From NCBI GenBank assembly GCA_003194425.1, contig PQXB01000003.1, positions 1 through 32,000 of the forward strand: a stretch of 32,000 nt of DNA, read 5' to 3'. The notes beneath the pieces are model-generated. The model was not told where the DNA came from. It ran no database searches and saw nothing but the letters and a program-made list of their open reading frames with translations. The number at the start of each line of letters is the position of its first letter. Position 1 is the stretch's first letter. The stretch is from Candidatus Methanophagaceae archaeon (GTDB lineage Archaea; Halobacteriota; Syntropharchaeia; Alkanophagales; Methanospirareceae). Shown here piece by piece: positions 1 to 9,418 of the stretch. The translations under genes were made by a program, and so were the position numbers.

Positions 1-84
1 CAAAGTTGGGTCAAGATTGGAGAGGAAAAAGGGGTAAAATTTGTGAAGGGTAGTGATGCTCACAGTGTGAAGGATTTAAGATGA
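1..84 (+). CDS. 3' end of an upstream gene (partial); possibly a PHP-family metal-dependent phosphoesterase
   Basis: Frame 1 is open from the window edge to TGA at 82-84 (...VKFVKGSDAHSVKDLR*). GSDAH resembles the C-terminal His motif of PHP-domain proteins. The stop overlaps the next ATG (ATGA, 81-84). Only 27 codons are visible. Confidence 0.3.
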   Translation, partial: QSWVKIGEEKGVKFVKGSDAHSVKDLR

Positions 85-233
85 AAGTCGGTGTCGTCGG
101 GACAGGGACGATGGGAAGGAACCATGTCAGGGTCTACTCCGAGCTCAAGGCGGTTGAAGAGGTCTCTGTTTTTAAGGGTGTAAAAATAGAGGACGATGTT
201 TTGGTCGGTCCTGCCGGTAACTTTCACGAATGA
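81..233 (+). pseudogene. Chimeric remnant: Gfo/Idh/MocA-type oxidoreductase N-terminus joined directly to hexapeptide acetyltransferase turns, then frameshifted
   Basis: ATG at 81 gives MKVGVVGTGTMGRNHVRVYSELKAVEEVSVF, a Rossmann GxGxxG N-terminus typical of sugar-nucleotide dehydrogenases. It runs straight into [12 protein letters not shown] (left-handed beta-helix motif) and stops at 231-233. The acetyltransferase sequence continues in the +1 frame. Confidence 0.55.
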
Positions 234-582
234 CTTGTATCCAAGAGCGTTCAGTTGGGGTGAGGAGAAGGTCGTTTCGACGGTGGTCAAGAAGGGTGCG
301 AGCATCGGTGCGAACTCGACGATAGTTTGCGGCGTTGTGGTGGGGGAGTACGCGCTGGTCGGGGCGGGGTCTGTGGTAACGAAGGATGTGCCGCGGTTTG
401 GGTTGGTGTACGGGAATCCTGCTGAATTTAAGGGTTTCGTGTGCTACTGCGGGAGGCGACTGAGCAAGGTTGTTGGAATTAGAGAAGCCGTAGAGAAAGG
501 GAAGGGAGAGGGGGAGGAGAAAGGAGTTTGCAAGGAGAGAGAGGTTTACAAGTGCGAATGCGGGCAGGAAGTGGAGGTATAA
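196..582 (+). pseudogene. Hexapeptide-repeat (LbH) sugar N-acetyltransferase, C-terminal portion only, with a CxC...CxC zinc-ribbon-like tail
   Basis: The ORF contains [11 protein letters not shown]...[33 protein letters not shown], typical of WbpD/WbbJ-like acetyltransferases. The N-terminal beta-helix turns are missing. Continuity with the 81..233 frame needs removal of one base near 213. The tail is CYCG...(30 aa)...CECG. Confidence 0.6.
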
Positions 583-853
583 TTTTCCAAAGTTCTCAAG
601 ACTTTACCACCTCTTTTATCTTCTCCTGTTACTTTTCCACCCGATTTTACCTCTCAAAAAATAGGTCGTACAGGCGAAAATCAAGCACATAAGAATAAAA
701 GTTCAATAAATAACCCTTCGACGGATTTATCAAACCCAAAGTGGCGAAAGAATTTTCTCAACCGCCCATAAATTTAGAGACCTATAATTCCTAAATAAAT
801 AGTTTATCTTCTCTGCCAAGATTTCACTGACCTTACTGCCTTCGCAAGGACTT

Positions 854-928
854 CGGAGTGGCGGAGTGGCGGAGTGGCGGAGTGGCGGAGTGGCGGAGTG
901 GCGGAGTGAGCGGAGTGGGCGGGGCGGG
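854..928. repeat. 8-bp microsatellite (CGGAGTGG): 6 perfect copies followed by degenerate copies
   Basis: Perfect units at 854-901, decaying into cggagtgagcggagtgggcggggcggg. Intergenic position. The unit length is not divisible by 3. Confidence 0.95.
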
Positions 929-1074
929 ATTTTTCCTCCGCCGGTTTCATAAAGATTTTTTGTTAGAGAACGGAGCAAATTGAAGACCATATTTCCAGCA
1001 GTTTCCAGCAGCGCCGCCGTAGTAGTTGTGCTTGTCGTTCAATTTGGGCGATGAAATGTTCAAAATTTTCATAA

Positions 1075-1082
1075 TTTTATAT
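1075..1082 (+). promoter_or_regulatory. Candidate archaeal TATA box for clpB
   Basis: ttttatat lies about 29 bp upstream of ATG 1111, which would give a leaderless or short-leader mRNA. Assigned by position and sequence only. Confidence 0.3.
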
Positions 1083-1110
1083 GTCTTGGGATTTCAATTT
1101 TATAAAAGAA

Positions 1111-3750
1111 ATGAGGCTCGACAAACTAACTTTAAAGGCGCAGGAGGCGTTGCAAGAGGCGAAGAACCTCGCGGAAGAACACAACCACCAGCAGATTGGG
1201 GAGGAACACTTGTTGCTGGCGCTGGTTGAGCAGTCAGAGGGCGTAGTCGTCCCGGTGCTGCAGAAAATTGGGGTTGAGATTGAGCAGCTAAAGGCGCGGC
1301 TTGAGGAGCATTTGAACTCCCTGCCGCAAGTGCACGGCGGAGGGCAGGTCGGCGGACCCGAGCAGATTTTCGTGACGCCGAGCTTGAACAAGACGCTGGA
1401 GAGTGCGTGGCGGGAGGCGCAGGCGATGAAGGACGAATATTTGAGCACCGAGCACCTGCTCCTCGCGATTGCCGAAGCGGAAGAGGCAAACCCGTCCTCG
1501 CCAGAAATCCTTAAAGGACTGGGCGTGACGAAGGAGCGGATTTACGAGGCGCTGACTGGAATTCGTGGCGGGCAGCGGGTGGTTGACCAGAACCCGGAGG
1601 GGAAGTACCAGGCGTTGGAACGTTACACGCGGGACTTGACAGACCTCGCTCGTAAGGGGAAGCTTGACCCTGTGATTGGCAGGAACGACGAAATTCGGAG
1701 AGTGATTCAAGTCCTCTCGCGGCGAACGAAGAACAACCCAGTGCTGATTGGTGAGGCGGGCGTGGGGAAGACCGCGATCGTTGAGGGCTTGGCGCAGCGA
1801 ATTGTGAGCGGCGATGTTCCGGAGACCTTGAAGGAGAAGCGAGTCGCAGCGCTGGATATGGGAGCGTTGATCGCGGGCACGAAGTTCAGGGGCGAGTTCG
1901 AGGACCGGCTAAAAGCGGTGCTTAAGGAGATTAACGAGGCGGCGGGTCAGATTATCGTTTTTATAGACGAGTTGCACACCGTCGTCGGAGCGGGTGCGGC
2001 GGAGGGCGCGGTCGACGCCTCGAATATGCTGAAACCCGCTCTCGCGCGGGGCGAGCTCAGGTGCGTTGGTGCGACCACGACCGAGGAGTACCGAAAATAC
2101 ATTGAGAAGGACGCGGCGCTGGAGCGGAGGTTTCAGCCGATTTTGGTTCGTGAGCCAACAGTTGAGGATACAATCTCAATTCTGCGTGGCTTGAAAGAGC
2201 GGTACGAACTGCACCACGGGGTTCGGATTCACGACTCCGCGTTGGTCGCCGCGGCTGTGCTCTCCAGCAGGTACCTCACCGAGCGGTTCCTGCCCGACAA
2301 GGCAATCGACATCGTTGACGAAGCCGCGTCCAAGTTGCGAACCGAGATTGAGAGTATGCCGACCGAGATTGACGAGGTAGAGCGGAAGGTCAGGCAGCTC
2401 GAGATTGAGGAGCAGGCGTTGAAACGCGAGAAGGACAGGGCGTCGCGGGAACGGCTGGCGAAACTCCGCAGCGAACTGGCGGGGCTGAAGGAGAAGGGCG
2501 ACCGGCTCAAAGCGAAGTGGCAGAACGAGAAGGAGATAATTCAGCGAATCCGCGAGGTCAAGGCAAAAATTGACGAGGCGAAGTTGGAGGAGCAGCAGGC
2601 GGAGCGGAGTGGGGATTTGGAGCGCGTGGCGAAGATTCGGTACGGCACGCTCGTCGAGTTGCAGAAGGAATTGGAGTCCGAGAAGGAGCGGCTGGAGGCG
2701 TTGCAGCAGGCGGGGGAGCAGAAAATGTTAAAGGAAGAGGTCGACGAGGAGGACGTCGCCGAGGTGGTTGCGAAGTGGTCGGGGGTTCCAGTGGCGAAGA
2801 TGCTGGAGGGCGAGACCGAGAAACTCGTTCGGATGGAAGAGCGTTTGAAAGAGCGTGTCGTTGGGCAGGACGAGGCGATTTCGCTGATTTCCAACGCAAT
2901 CCGACGGGCGAGAGCAGGTCTCAGCGACCCGAACCGACCGATCGGCTCGTTCATTTTTATGGGCCCCACCGGCGTCGGAAAGACCGAACTCGCAAAGGCG
3001 CTCGCCGAATTCCTGTTCGACGACGAGCGGGCGATGGTTCGGATGGATATGTCTGAGTTTATGGAACGGCACTCGATCGCACGACTCATCGGCGCTCCGC
3101 CGGGCTACGTTGGCTACGAGGAGGGCGGATTTCTTACCGAAGCGGTTCGCAGGCGACCCTACACCGTCGTCCTCTTCGACGAAATCGAGAAGGCACACAA
3201 CGATGTCTTTAACCTCCTGCTTCAAATCCTCGACGACGGCAGGCTCACCGACGGGCACGGCAGGACCGTGAACTTCAAGAACACCGTGATTATTTTGACC
3301 TCAAATGTCGCGAGCCATTTAATGCCCAAGGCACGCCCGCGGGCGCAGGAGCGAGGAGAGGAGTTGCGAGGAGAGAAGTTGCGGGAGCGGGTGCTGGAGG
3401 AGTTGAAGCTGCGGTTCCGCCCCGAGTTCCTGAACAGGATTGACGAAATTATTATTTTTAACCCGCTCGGCAAGGACGAGATAAAAAAGATTGTGGAGAT
3501 TCAAATGCGGTATTTGGAGGAGCGGCTCGCAGCGGAGCGGAAAATCTCGCTCTCTGTCAGCGAGAGCGTAAAGGAGTTAGTGGCGAGCAAGGGATTTGAC
3601 CCTGCGTTCGGGGCGAGGCCGGTAAAGCGGACGATTCAGCGGCTCATCGAAGATCCGTTGTCGGTGAAGATTTTAAGTGGCGAGTTCGCAGAGGGCGAGA
3701 CGGTAAAAATTAATGTCTCGGAGGGGGCGGTTGTGTTTTCACACGATTAA
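1111..3750 (+). CDS. clpB: ClpB-type AAA+ disaggregase
   Basis: The ORF is 1081..3750. The canonical ClpB N-terminus [14 protein letters not shown] starts at the internal ATG 1111. There are two AAA+ modules (Walker A GEAGVGKT and GPTGVGKT), a long coiled-coil middle domain and a C-terminal FGARPVKR motif. Confidence 0.93.
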   Translation: MRLDKLTLKAQEALQEAKNLAEEHNHQQIGEEHLLLALVEQSEGVVVPVLQKIGVEIEQLKARLEEHLNSLPQVHGGGQVGGPEQIFVTPSLNKTLESAWREAQAMKDEYLSTEHLLLAIAEAEEANPSSPEILKGLGVTKERIYEALTGIRGGQRVVDQNPEGKYQALERYTRDLTDLARKGKLDPVIGRNDEIRRVIQVLSRRTKNNPVLIGEAGVGKTAIVEGLAQRIVSGDVPETLKEKRVAALDMGALIAGTKFRGEFEDRLKAVLKEINEAAGQIIVFIDELHTVVGAGAAEGAVDASNMLKPALARGELRCVGATTTEEYRKYIEKDAALERRFQPILVREPTVEDTISILRGLKERYELHHGVRIHDSALVAAAVLSSRYLTERFLPDKAIDIVDEAASKLRTEIESMPTEIDEVERKVRQLEIEEQALKREKDRASRERLAKLRSELAGLKEKGDRLKAKWQNEKEIIQRIREVKAKIDEAKLEEQQAERSGDLERVAKIRYGTLVELQKELESEKERLEALQQAGEQKMLKEEVDEEDVAEVVAKWSGVPVAKMLEGETEKLVRMEERLKERVVGQDEAISLISNAIRRARAGLSDPNRPIGSFIFMGPTGVGKTELAKALAEFLFDDERAMVRMDMSEFMERHSIARLIGAPPGYVGYEEGGFLTEAVRRRPYTVVLFDEIEKAHNDVFNLLLQILDDGRLTDGHGRTVNFKNTVIILTSNVASHLMPKARPRAQERGEELRGEKLRERVLEELKLRFRPEFLNRIDEIIIFNPLGKDEIKKIVEIQMRYLEERLAAERKISLSVSESVKELVASKGFDPAFGARPVKRTIQRLIEDPLSVKILSGEFAEGETVKINVSEGAVVFSHD

Positions 3751-3810
3751 AATGCAGACGTAAGGGAGAGGGATAAAAAGTTGCCGGGTGTGATGCGAAA
3801 ATAGAAAATC

Positions 3811-3818
3811 TTTTATAG
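3811..3818 (+). promoter_or_regulatory. Candidate TATA box for tfb
   Basis: ttttatag lies about 33 bp upstream of ATG 3851. Confidence 0.3.
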
Positions 3819-3850
3819 AAAAAGTAAAATGTTTTAATAACGACAAGAAG

Positions 3851-4753
3851 ATGGAAAGCAAAACAAGAAAATGTCCCGAATGCGGCTCCAAGAGGGTAGT
3901 CTCCGATTCAAAGCACGCGGAGCTTTACTGTGCCGACTGCGGGATTGTAATCGCAGAAAACATCGTTGACCTTGGACCGGAATGGCGTGCCTACGACTCG
4001 GAACAGGCGTCCAAGCGAGTGAGGACAGGACCTGGGATGAGTTACAGGATTCACGACAAGGGCTTGAGCACGCCAACGCCGAAGTTGCCTGCGGGGATAA
4101 AACGGCTTCGGTGGGTAAATATGGACAGCAGCGAGAAGACCCTCGCCTTCGCTCTCATCGAGATTGACAGGATGTCCTGCGCGCTTAAACTGCCGAACGA
4201 CATCAAGGAGGCGGCATCGGTCTTGTACCGAAAGGCAGCGAGGCAAAGTATGATTAAAGGGCGGAGCATTGAGGAACTGGTCTCTGCAATGCTCTACATC
4301 GTTTGCAGGCAGTACGGGATTCCGCGGACGCTGAAAGAGATTGCAAAGGTCTCGAGAAGTCCGATAAAGAAAATCCGGCGGTCGTACATCTTCCTTCTGC
4401 GGAAGTTGGGGCTGAAAATCGCACCTGCTGACCCTGCTCACTACATCCCGCGGTTCTGCTCTGAACTTGGATTGAGCGAGACGACACGGGAACAGGCGAT
4501 AGAAATTCTGAATCAGGACAAGGGAACGGGAGCCGCAAGGGGCTGGGCGCCGATTGGGACCGCGGCTGCGGCGATTTACATTGCTGCTGTTTTAAGTGGC
4601 GACGCCGAGTACCGCCCAGAGCGGGCGATTGCAAAGGTCGCAGGCACGACTGAGATTACGATTCGGAGCAGGTGTAAAGACTTGGGCAAGGCGTTGGAGT
4701 TGGATTTAGACGCCTTCTCCTCCCCCCCTCGCCGACACCCTCGTGCGGTTTAG
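3851..4753 (+). CDS. tfb: Transcription initiation factor IIB (TFB)
   Basis: N-terminal zinc ribbon CPECG...CADCG, a B-reader/linker (GPEWRAYD) and two cyclin-like repeats. Length is 300 aa. Confidence 0.93.
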   Translation: MESKTRKCPECGSKRVVSDSKHAELYCADCGIVIAENIVDLGPEWRAYDSEQASKRVRTGPGMSYRIHDKGLSTPTPKLPAGIKRLRWVNMDSSEKTLAFALIEIDRMSCALKLPNDIKEAASVLYRKAARQSMIKGRSIEELVSAMLYIVCRQYGIPRTLKEIAKVSRSPIKKIRRSYIFLLRKLGLKIAPADPAHYIPRFCSELGLSETTREQAIEILNQDKGTGAARGWAPIGTAAAAIYIAAVLSGDAEYRPERAIAKVAGTTEITIRSRCKDLGKALELDLDAFSSPPRRHPRAV

Positions 4754-5442
4754 TGGTTGATTTTCGTGCAGACCGTCTCTCGCCCTTCGAGTGCGTCAAT
4801 TATTCGGCTCGGGAAATTGCCGTTCACAAGAACGCAACTCATTTTATTCTGAACCAAAAATCTCGGCAGCTCCGCGTCTACGCAACCGCACCCCTTCCCA
4901 ACCAGCTCTTCTGCGCGGACTCTCTTGAGAAGACGCCCTTGTTCGTCCAGCACTCCGTCCACGTCGGTCAGTTTTACGAACGCCTTTTCGCCAACCCGCT
5001 TCGCAACAAACGCGGCAATCGTGTCCGAAGTAACAGCCCAACTGTGCGGCAAGCAGTTGTCGGCTCTCAAAATTTTGAGGGGCAGAAAGATGCGGAGAGC
5101 AGGTCCCCCCTCGTCCACACACTCAACCAACGGCACAACTCCGCCGTCTGCAAGAAAGAAGCCGTACTGGTGCGTTGCGAGGACAGCCAACCAGTGTGCC
5201 GTCTCGTCTGAGATTGAGAGTTCTTTTTGGAGGGTTCTCACCGCTTCTGCGAACGGACCACCGCCGGGGATTAAAATTATCGTCAAGTCGCCACGCTCTT
5301 CTGCGTAATTCTTAAGCCGCCGCACAATTCCCTTACCTTTTTTTATTAGACTGCCTCCCAGTTTTACTACTACCCGCTCCCTTTTCCTCTCTCTTTTCCT
5401 CTCTCTTTTCCTCTCTCCTTTCCTCTCTCCTTTCCCGCTCAT
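4750..5442 (-). CDS. Amino-acid-kinase-fold small kinase, MfnE-like (archaeal COG2054 type), with an N-terminal (GERK/RERK) repeat
   Basis: Contains VVVKLGGSL...ILIPGGGPFAEAVR...AHWLAV. The size without the repeat is about 205 aa. The first ~20 residues are encoded by the 12-bp tandem array. The MfnE assignment is by resemblance only. Confidence 0.5.
   Translation of the reverse strand: MSGKGERKGERKRERKRERKRERVVVKLGGSLIKKGKGIVRRLKNYAEERGDLTIILIPGGGPFAEAVRTLQKELSISDETAHWLAVLATHQYGFFLADGGVVPLVECVDEGGPALRIFLPLKILRADNCLPHSWAVTSDTIAAFVAKRVGEKAFVKLTDVDGVLDEQGRLLKRVRAEELVGKGCGCVDAELPRFLVQNKMSCVLVNGNFPSRIIDALEGRETVCTKINH
5381..5440. repeat. 12-bp tandem repeat (cttttcctctct x3 plus 2 variants) encoding the GERKGERKRERKRERKRER N-terminus
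   Basis: Read directly from the sequence; in frame with CDS 4750..5442. Confidence 0.9.
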
Positions 5443-5508
5443 TTAAAAGTCTAACTTTAGCTGAAGTTCATTCCGGAGTGCGAGAAGAAGGGCAGGACAT
5501 TTACATTT

Positions 5509-5688
5509 TCATAACTTTAACTTCCCCTTTATCGCCGCCACATCCCTGCTCAGCGCTTCGTATTTATCCCTCGACTCTACCTTTTCACTGTGAATCTCCT
5601 TTAAAAAAGGCAGTGCATTCTTTATTTCACCCGTATCGTCCCGCACATCCTCCAAAATTCCTATCGTCCTGTCCTGCTTCTCCAGCAT
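5509..5688 (-). CDS. Small (59 aa) predicted coiled-coil protein of unknown function
   Basis: ATG at 5688 gives MLEKQDRTIGILEDVRDDTGEIKNALPFLKEIHSEKVESRDKYEALSRDVAAIKGKLKL. It lies on the same strand between the ferredoxin gene and the kinase gene. Its first 17 codons are duplicated immediately upstream. Confidence 0.45.
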   Translation of the reverse strand: MLEKQDRTIGILEDVRDDTGEIKNALPFLKEIHSEKVESRDKYEALSRDVAAIKGKLKL

Positions 5689-5741
5689 TGTCCCGCACAT
5701 CCTCCAAAATTCCTATCGTCCTGTCCTGCTTCTCCAGCATT
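5638..5741. repeat. Perfect 52-bp tandem duplication (5638-5689 and 5690-5741) containing the start codon and first 17 codons of the small CDS
   Basis: The two copies are identical base for base. On the minus strand each reads A ATG CTG GAG AAG CAG GAC AGG ACG ATA GGA ATT TTG GAG GAT GTG CGG GAC. Confidence 0.95.
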
Positions 5742-5751
5742 TTATCCTCTA

Positions 5752-6066
5752 TCAAAATGTTTTTACAGCCCTTCTCGTTTCCCGCAATTCTTGCTTCAAC
5801 TTTTTCACCTCCACCCTCAAACCAGCCAACTGAACGCCCTGCTGTGCTATCTGCGGCAGTTGCGGGCTTTTTAGCTCCAACGCCCCCCACTTGCAGATCC
5901 GGTCGCAGACGCCGCAACAACTGCACTTGTTGTAGTCGACGACCAATTTTTTGTCAACAATTTTCAACGCGCCGTCGGGGCAGACCTGCACGCAGTCTCC
6001 ACAGCCCTTGCACACTCTCAGGTCGACAACAGGAATCCACATTTTTTTTATTATATTTAAATGCAA
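5752..6066 (-). CDS. 2x[4Fe-4S] ferredoxin-domain protein with a charged helical C-terminal tail
   Basis: Two cluster motifs, CKGCGDCVQVCP and CSCCGVCDRIC. The likely start is the internal ATG at 6042 (MWIPVVDL). Confidence 0.75.
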   Translation of the reverse strand: MHLNIIKKMWIPVVDLRVCKGCGDCVQVCPDGALKIVDKKLVVDYNKCSCCGVCDRICKWGALELKSPQLPQIAQQGVQLAGLRVEVKKLKQELRETRRAVKTF

Positions 6067-6099
6067 AATAAAAATAAAGAGAAAGTTGGAAGGAGGAAT

Positions 6100-6184
6100 G
6101 TCGGGATGGCCCAGAGGTTAAGGCGGTAGGTTGCTAACCTACTTCCCCTTACGGGGAGCGAGGGTTCGAATCCCTCTCCCGACG
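6100..6184 (+). tRNA. tRNA-Ser (anticodon GCU)
   Basis: Acceptor stem GTCGGGA/TCCCGAC with discriminator G. Anticodon arm GTAGG-TTGCTAA-CCTAC. Long variable arm (CCCC-TTAC-GGGG). T arm GAGGG-TTCGAAT-CCCTC. No intron and no encoded CCA. Confidence 0.9.
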
Positions 6185-6189
6185 CTACA

Positions 6190-6960
6190 ATGTCTGTCTC
6201 GGTCTTGAACGCTTTTTCGTGCGTCTACGAAAAGATATTGAAGAAGCGAGTATTGAACTCGCCGATCCTCGTGGAGCATATTCTTCTCGTCTTGGACGAG
6301 ACCGACCTTCTCGCAGCGGGCGGGCTGGAGAAACTCAAGCAGTTCGTAAAGTGCTGTCACGCACTAAAAGTAAATGTCGTGACCGTTTATGTCAGCGTCG
6401 TTCAGGGCGGGGACGGGCAAGGCGGGGACGGGCAGGGCAGGGGCGGGCAGGGGCTGGACGAGGAATTGCTGCAGCGGGCGTACTCGCACCTTCGTGAAGA
6501 AATTGCAAAGGCGTTGAGCAAAGAGAACGCGTCGATCGCGATTTACGCAAACACACCAACTCCAAACTCTGCTCCAAACTCTGCCGACTACCTGGATCCT
6601 GAATCCCTGGATCCTGAATCTCTAAATCCTAACCCCAAGAAAAAAATAAATATTTCAATCGGGCTGGGAGGCAGGAGCGAGCTGACGAAGGCGATAAAAA
6701 AGATTATGAGCAGGGTGCAGGCGGGGGAGGTGGAGCCTGATGAAATAGACGAGAAACTGATTGAGTCCGAATTAATCTTCAAATCCGAGCCCGACCTCGT
6801 CATTCGGTCTGGAGCCACGCTACTAACTGATTTCCTGATTTGGCAGTCGGTGTACAGCGAGTTTTACTTTACGGATGTCAATTGGGCGCGGTTCAGGAAA
6901 ATAGACCTGCTCCGTGCGGTTCGCGACTTTCAGTGGCGAGAGCGGCGATTTGGTCGCTGA
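6190..6960 (+). CDS. cis-prenyltransferase (UPP synthase) family protein with degenerate catalytic motifs; possibly an accessory (Nus1/NgBR-like) subunit
   Basis: The C-terminal half is UPPS-like (EPDLVIRSG...DFLIWQSVYSEFYFTDVNW...RERRFGR*). The N-terminal DGNRRWA motif is replaced by HILLVLDETDLL and the FSxENxxR motif is absent. It carries three in-frame tandem-repeat inserts. Confidence 0.65.
   Translation: MSVSVLNAFSCVYEKILKKRVLNSPILVEHILLVLDETDLLAAGGLEKLKQFVKCCHALKVNVVTVYVSVVQGGDGQGGDGQGRGGQGLDEELLQRAYSHLREEIAKALSKENASIAIYANTPTPNSAPNSADYLDPESLDPESLNPNPKKKINISIGLGGRSELTKAIKKIMSRVQAGEVEPDEIDEKLIESELIFKSEPDLVIRSGATLLTDFLIWQSVYSEFYFTDVNWARFRKIDLLRAVRDFQWRERRFGR
6406..6450. repeat. 15-bp tandem repeat x3 (ggcggggacgggcaa) encoding GGDGQGGDGQGRGGQ
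   Basis: Read directly; in frame within CDS 6190..6960. Confidence 0.9.
6560..6620. repeat. Two adjacent in-frame duplications: 12 bp x2 (6560-6583, PNSAPNSA) and 15 bp x2 (6591-6620, DPESLDPESL)
   Basis: Perfect copies read directly from the sequence. Confidence 0.9.
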
Positions 6961-7241
6961 ACTAACTTCCTCTTTTTAACAGCATTTTAACAGCATCTCC
7001 ATTTGGGGTAAAGCCAAAGTCAGGAGGCGTAGGAGAGAGAAGGAAGAAGAAACGCAGCAGTTAGGAGGGCGGAACACACCCAAGGATTTCATCAGGCTCC
7101 AAAACAGTCTTGAGAGTATTGGGGGAGGTAAAGTAGAAAAAAGACAGAACAGGAGTTTATACAAAGAAAGCGAACCTGTTAAAAGGGGAAGGAAGAAAAG
7201 AAATACCAAAGAAAAGGATTTAAGATGTTTGATAAAGAGTT

Positions 7242-7285
7242 ATTCAAGATATTGGAAAGAGCAATTCAAGATATTGGAAAGAGCA
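7242..7285. repeat. Perfect 22-bp tandem duplication (attcaagatattggaaagagca x2) in the pyrG upstream region
   Basis: Copies at 7242-7263 and 7264-7285 are identical. It lies inside a 43-codon ORF (7225..7356) that ends 1 nt before the pyrG ATG. Confidence 0.9.
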
Positions 7286-7330
7286 AGAGGGAGAAGACAG
7301 GAGGTGAGCGGGCAATTCCTCCCGCCCTGA

Positions 7331-9022
<1,692 letters not shown>

Positions 9023-9034
9023 CGACGAAATTGA

Positions 9035-9418
9035 AAATATTTATCACAAAAAATATTTAGAGCAGAGTGGCGTGAAAGACGGTACGGCTACCGGTGTGCT
9101 ACTTGCGGTTCAAGGGAGGGCGAGCCAAACATTCACTGGCCAAACACCACTACAAAATTGCAGAAAAGCCACAAAGACCCGACTAAACCGCTGGTTCCAC
9201 AGAACACCCTTCCTCAGTGCCAAAAATGCAACCGAGCAGACAGAAACAATTGGGTTTACGACGAGAGAGGTCGTGTGATAAAATTAGCAAATCCCACTGT
9301 AATAAAACGGTCAGACAAAGAAATTAGGTGGAAGGTCTACAAAATCTTGCACGAAGAGTTTGAGGGGGTGAACCCAAATGACCCAAATGAACGAGAAGAA
9401 CGAGAAAATGCTGAATAA
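9035..9418 (+). CDS. Small HNH-motif nuclease, putative restriction endonuclease partner of the adjacent methyltransferase; start codon unresolved and possibly decayed
   Basis: The frame is open from 9035. It reads ...YGYRCATCG...LQKSHKDP...QNTLPQCQKCN, i.e. CxxC / H / N / CxxCN HNH architecture. The first ATG/GTG/TTG in frame is TTG at 9158, downstream of the first CxxC. The stop overlaps the MTase start. Confidence 0.5.
   Translation, partial: KYLSQKIFRAEWRERRYGYRCATCGSREGEPNIHWPNTTTKLQKSHKDPTKPLVPQNTLPQCQKCNRADRNNWVYDERGRVIKLANPTVIKRSDKEIRWKVYKILHEEFEGVNPNDPNEREERENAE

Noticed and set aside
854-928. G-quadruplex formation by the GG-rich microsatellite
   Set aside because: Only GG doublets are available in the perfect part, so at best a weak two-tetrad structure is possible. 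Nothing in the sequence alone supports a role.
730-990. Minus-strand 86-aa ORF containing LRHSATPPLRHSATPP
   Set aside because: The repeated peptide is just the translation of the 8-bp microsatellite. An 8-bp unit cannot be maintained in frame, and the rest of the ORF has no recognisable features.
1081-1110. Using the most upstream starts given by the ORF track for clpB (1081), fumarase (15306), aminotransferase (28858), small TM protein (17634) and MTase (9378)
   Set aside because: In each case an internal start matches the family-typical N-terminus. The extension also overlaps a neighbouring gene, a promoter-like A/T patch or a repeat array. Only experimental mapping can settle these starts.
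1077-3504. About ten ORFs of 60-180 aa overlapping clpB on the opposite strand or in other frames (e.g. 1100..1489, 2541..3089, 2728..3258)
   Set aside because: They are all nested in a strongly supported 880-aa ClpB frame. Their translations are low-complexity (S/R/P/A-rich) with no motifs, as is typical of shadow ORFs in moderately GC-rich coding DNA.
4750-4753. Convergent overlaps: tfb and the kinase share stop codons (TTAG), and the 3' ends of DUF116 copy 2 and ZPR1 overlap by 51 bp (31590-31640)
   Set aside because: These are real in the sequence but common in compact archaeal genomes, and there is no evidence of antisense regulation.
5478-6071. 197-aa plus-strand ORF (P/S-rich) and the 99-aa minus-strand ORF 5627..5926
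   Set aside because: The first is antisense to the ferredoxin and small-ORF genes and is low complexity. The N-terminal two-thirds of the second overlaps the ferredoxin frame, and only its MLEKQ... part is meaningful, being the duplicated start region.
6961-7224. A possible ncRNA in the 260-bp purine-rich spacer after the prenyltransferase-like gene, and ORF 6976..7209 on the minus strand
   Set aside because: I could find no convincing stem-loops or known RNA motifs by eye, and the ORF is low complexity. A covariance-model scan would be needed.
9072-9278. 68-aa ORF with a GTG start overlapping the HNH frame
   Set aside because: It is in a different frame from the CxxC/H/N/CxxCN motifs and has no features of its own. 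I considered it as a frameshifted N-terminus for the nuclease, but its sequence shows no HNH-family similarity.
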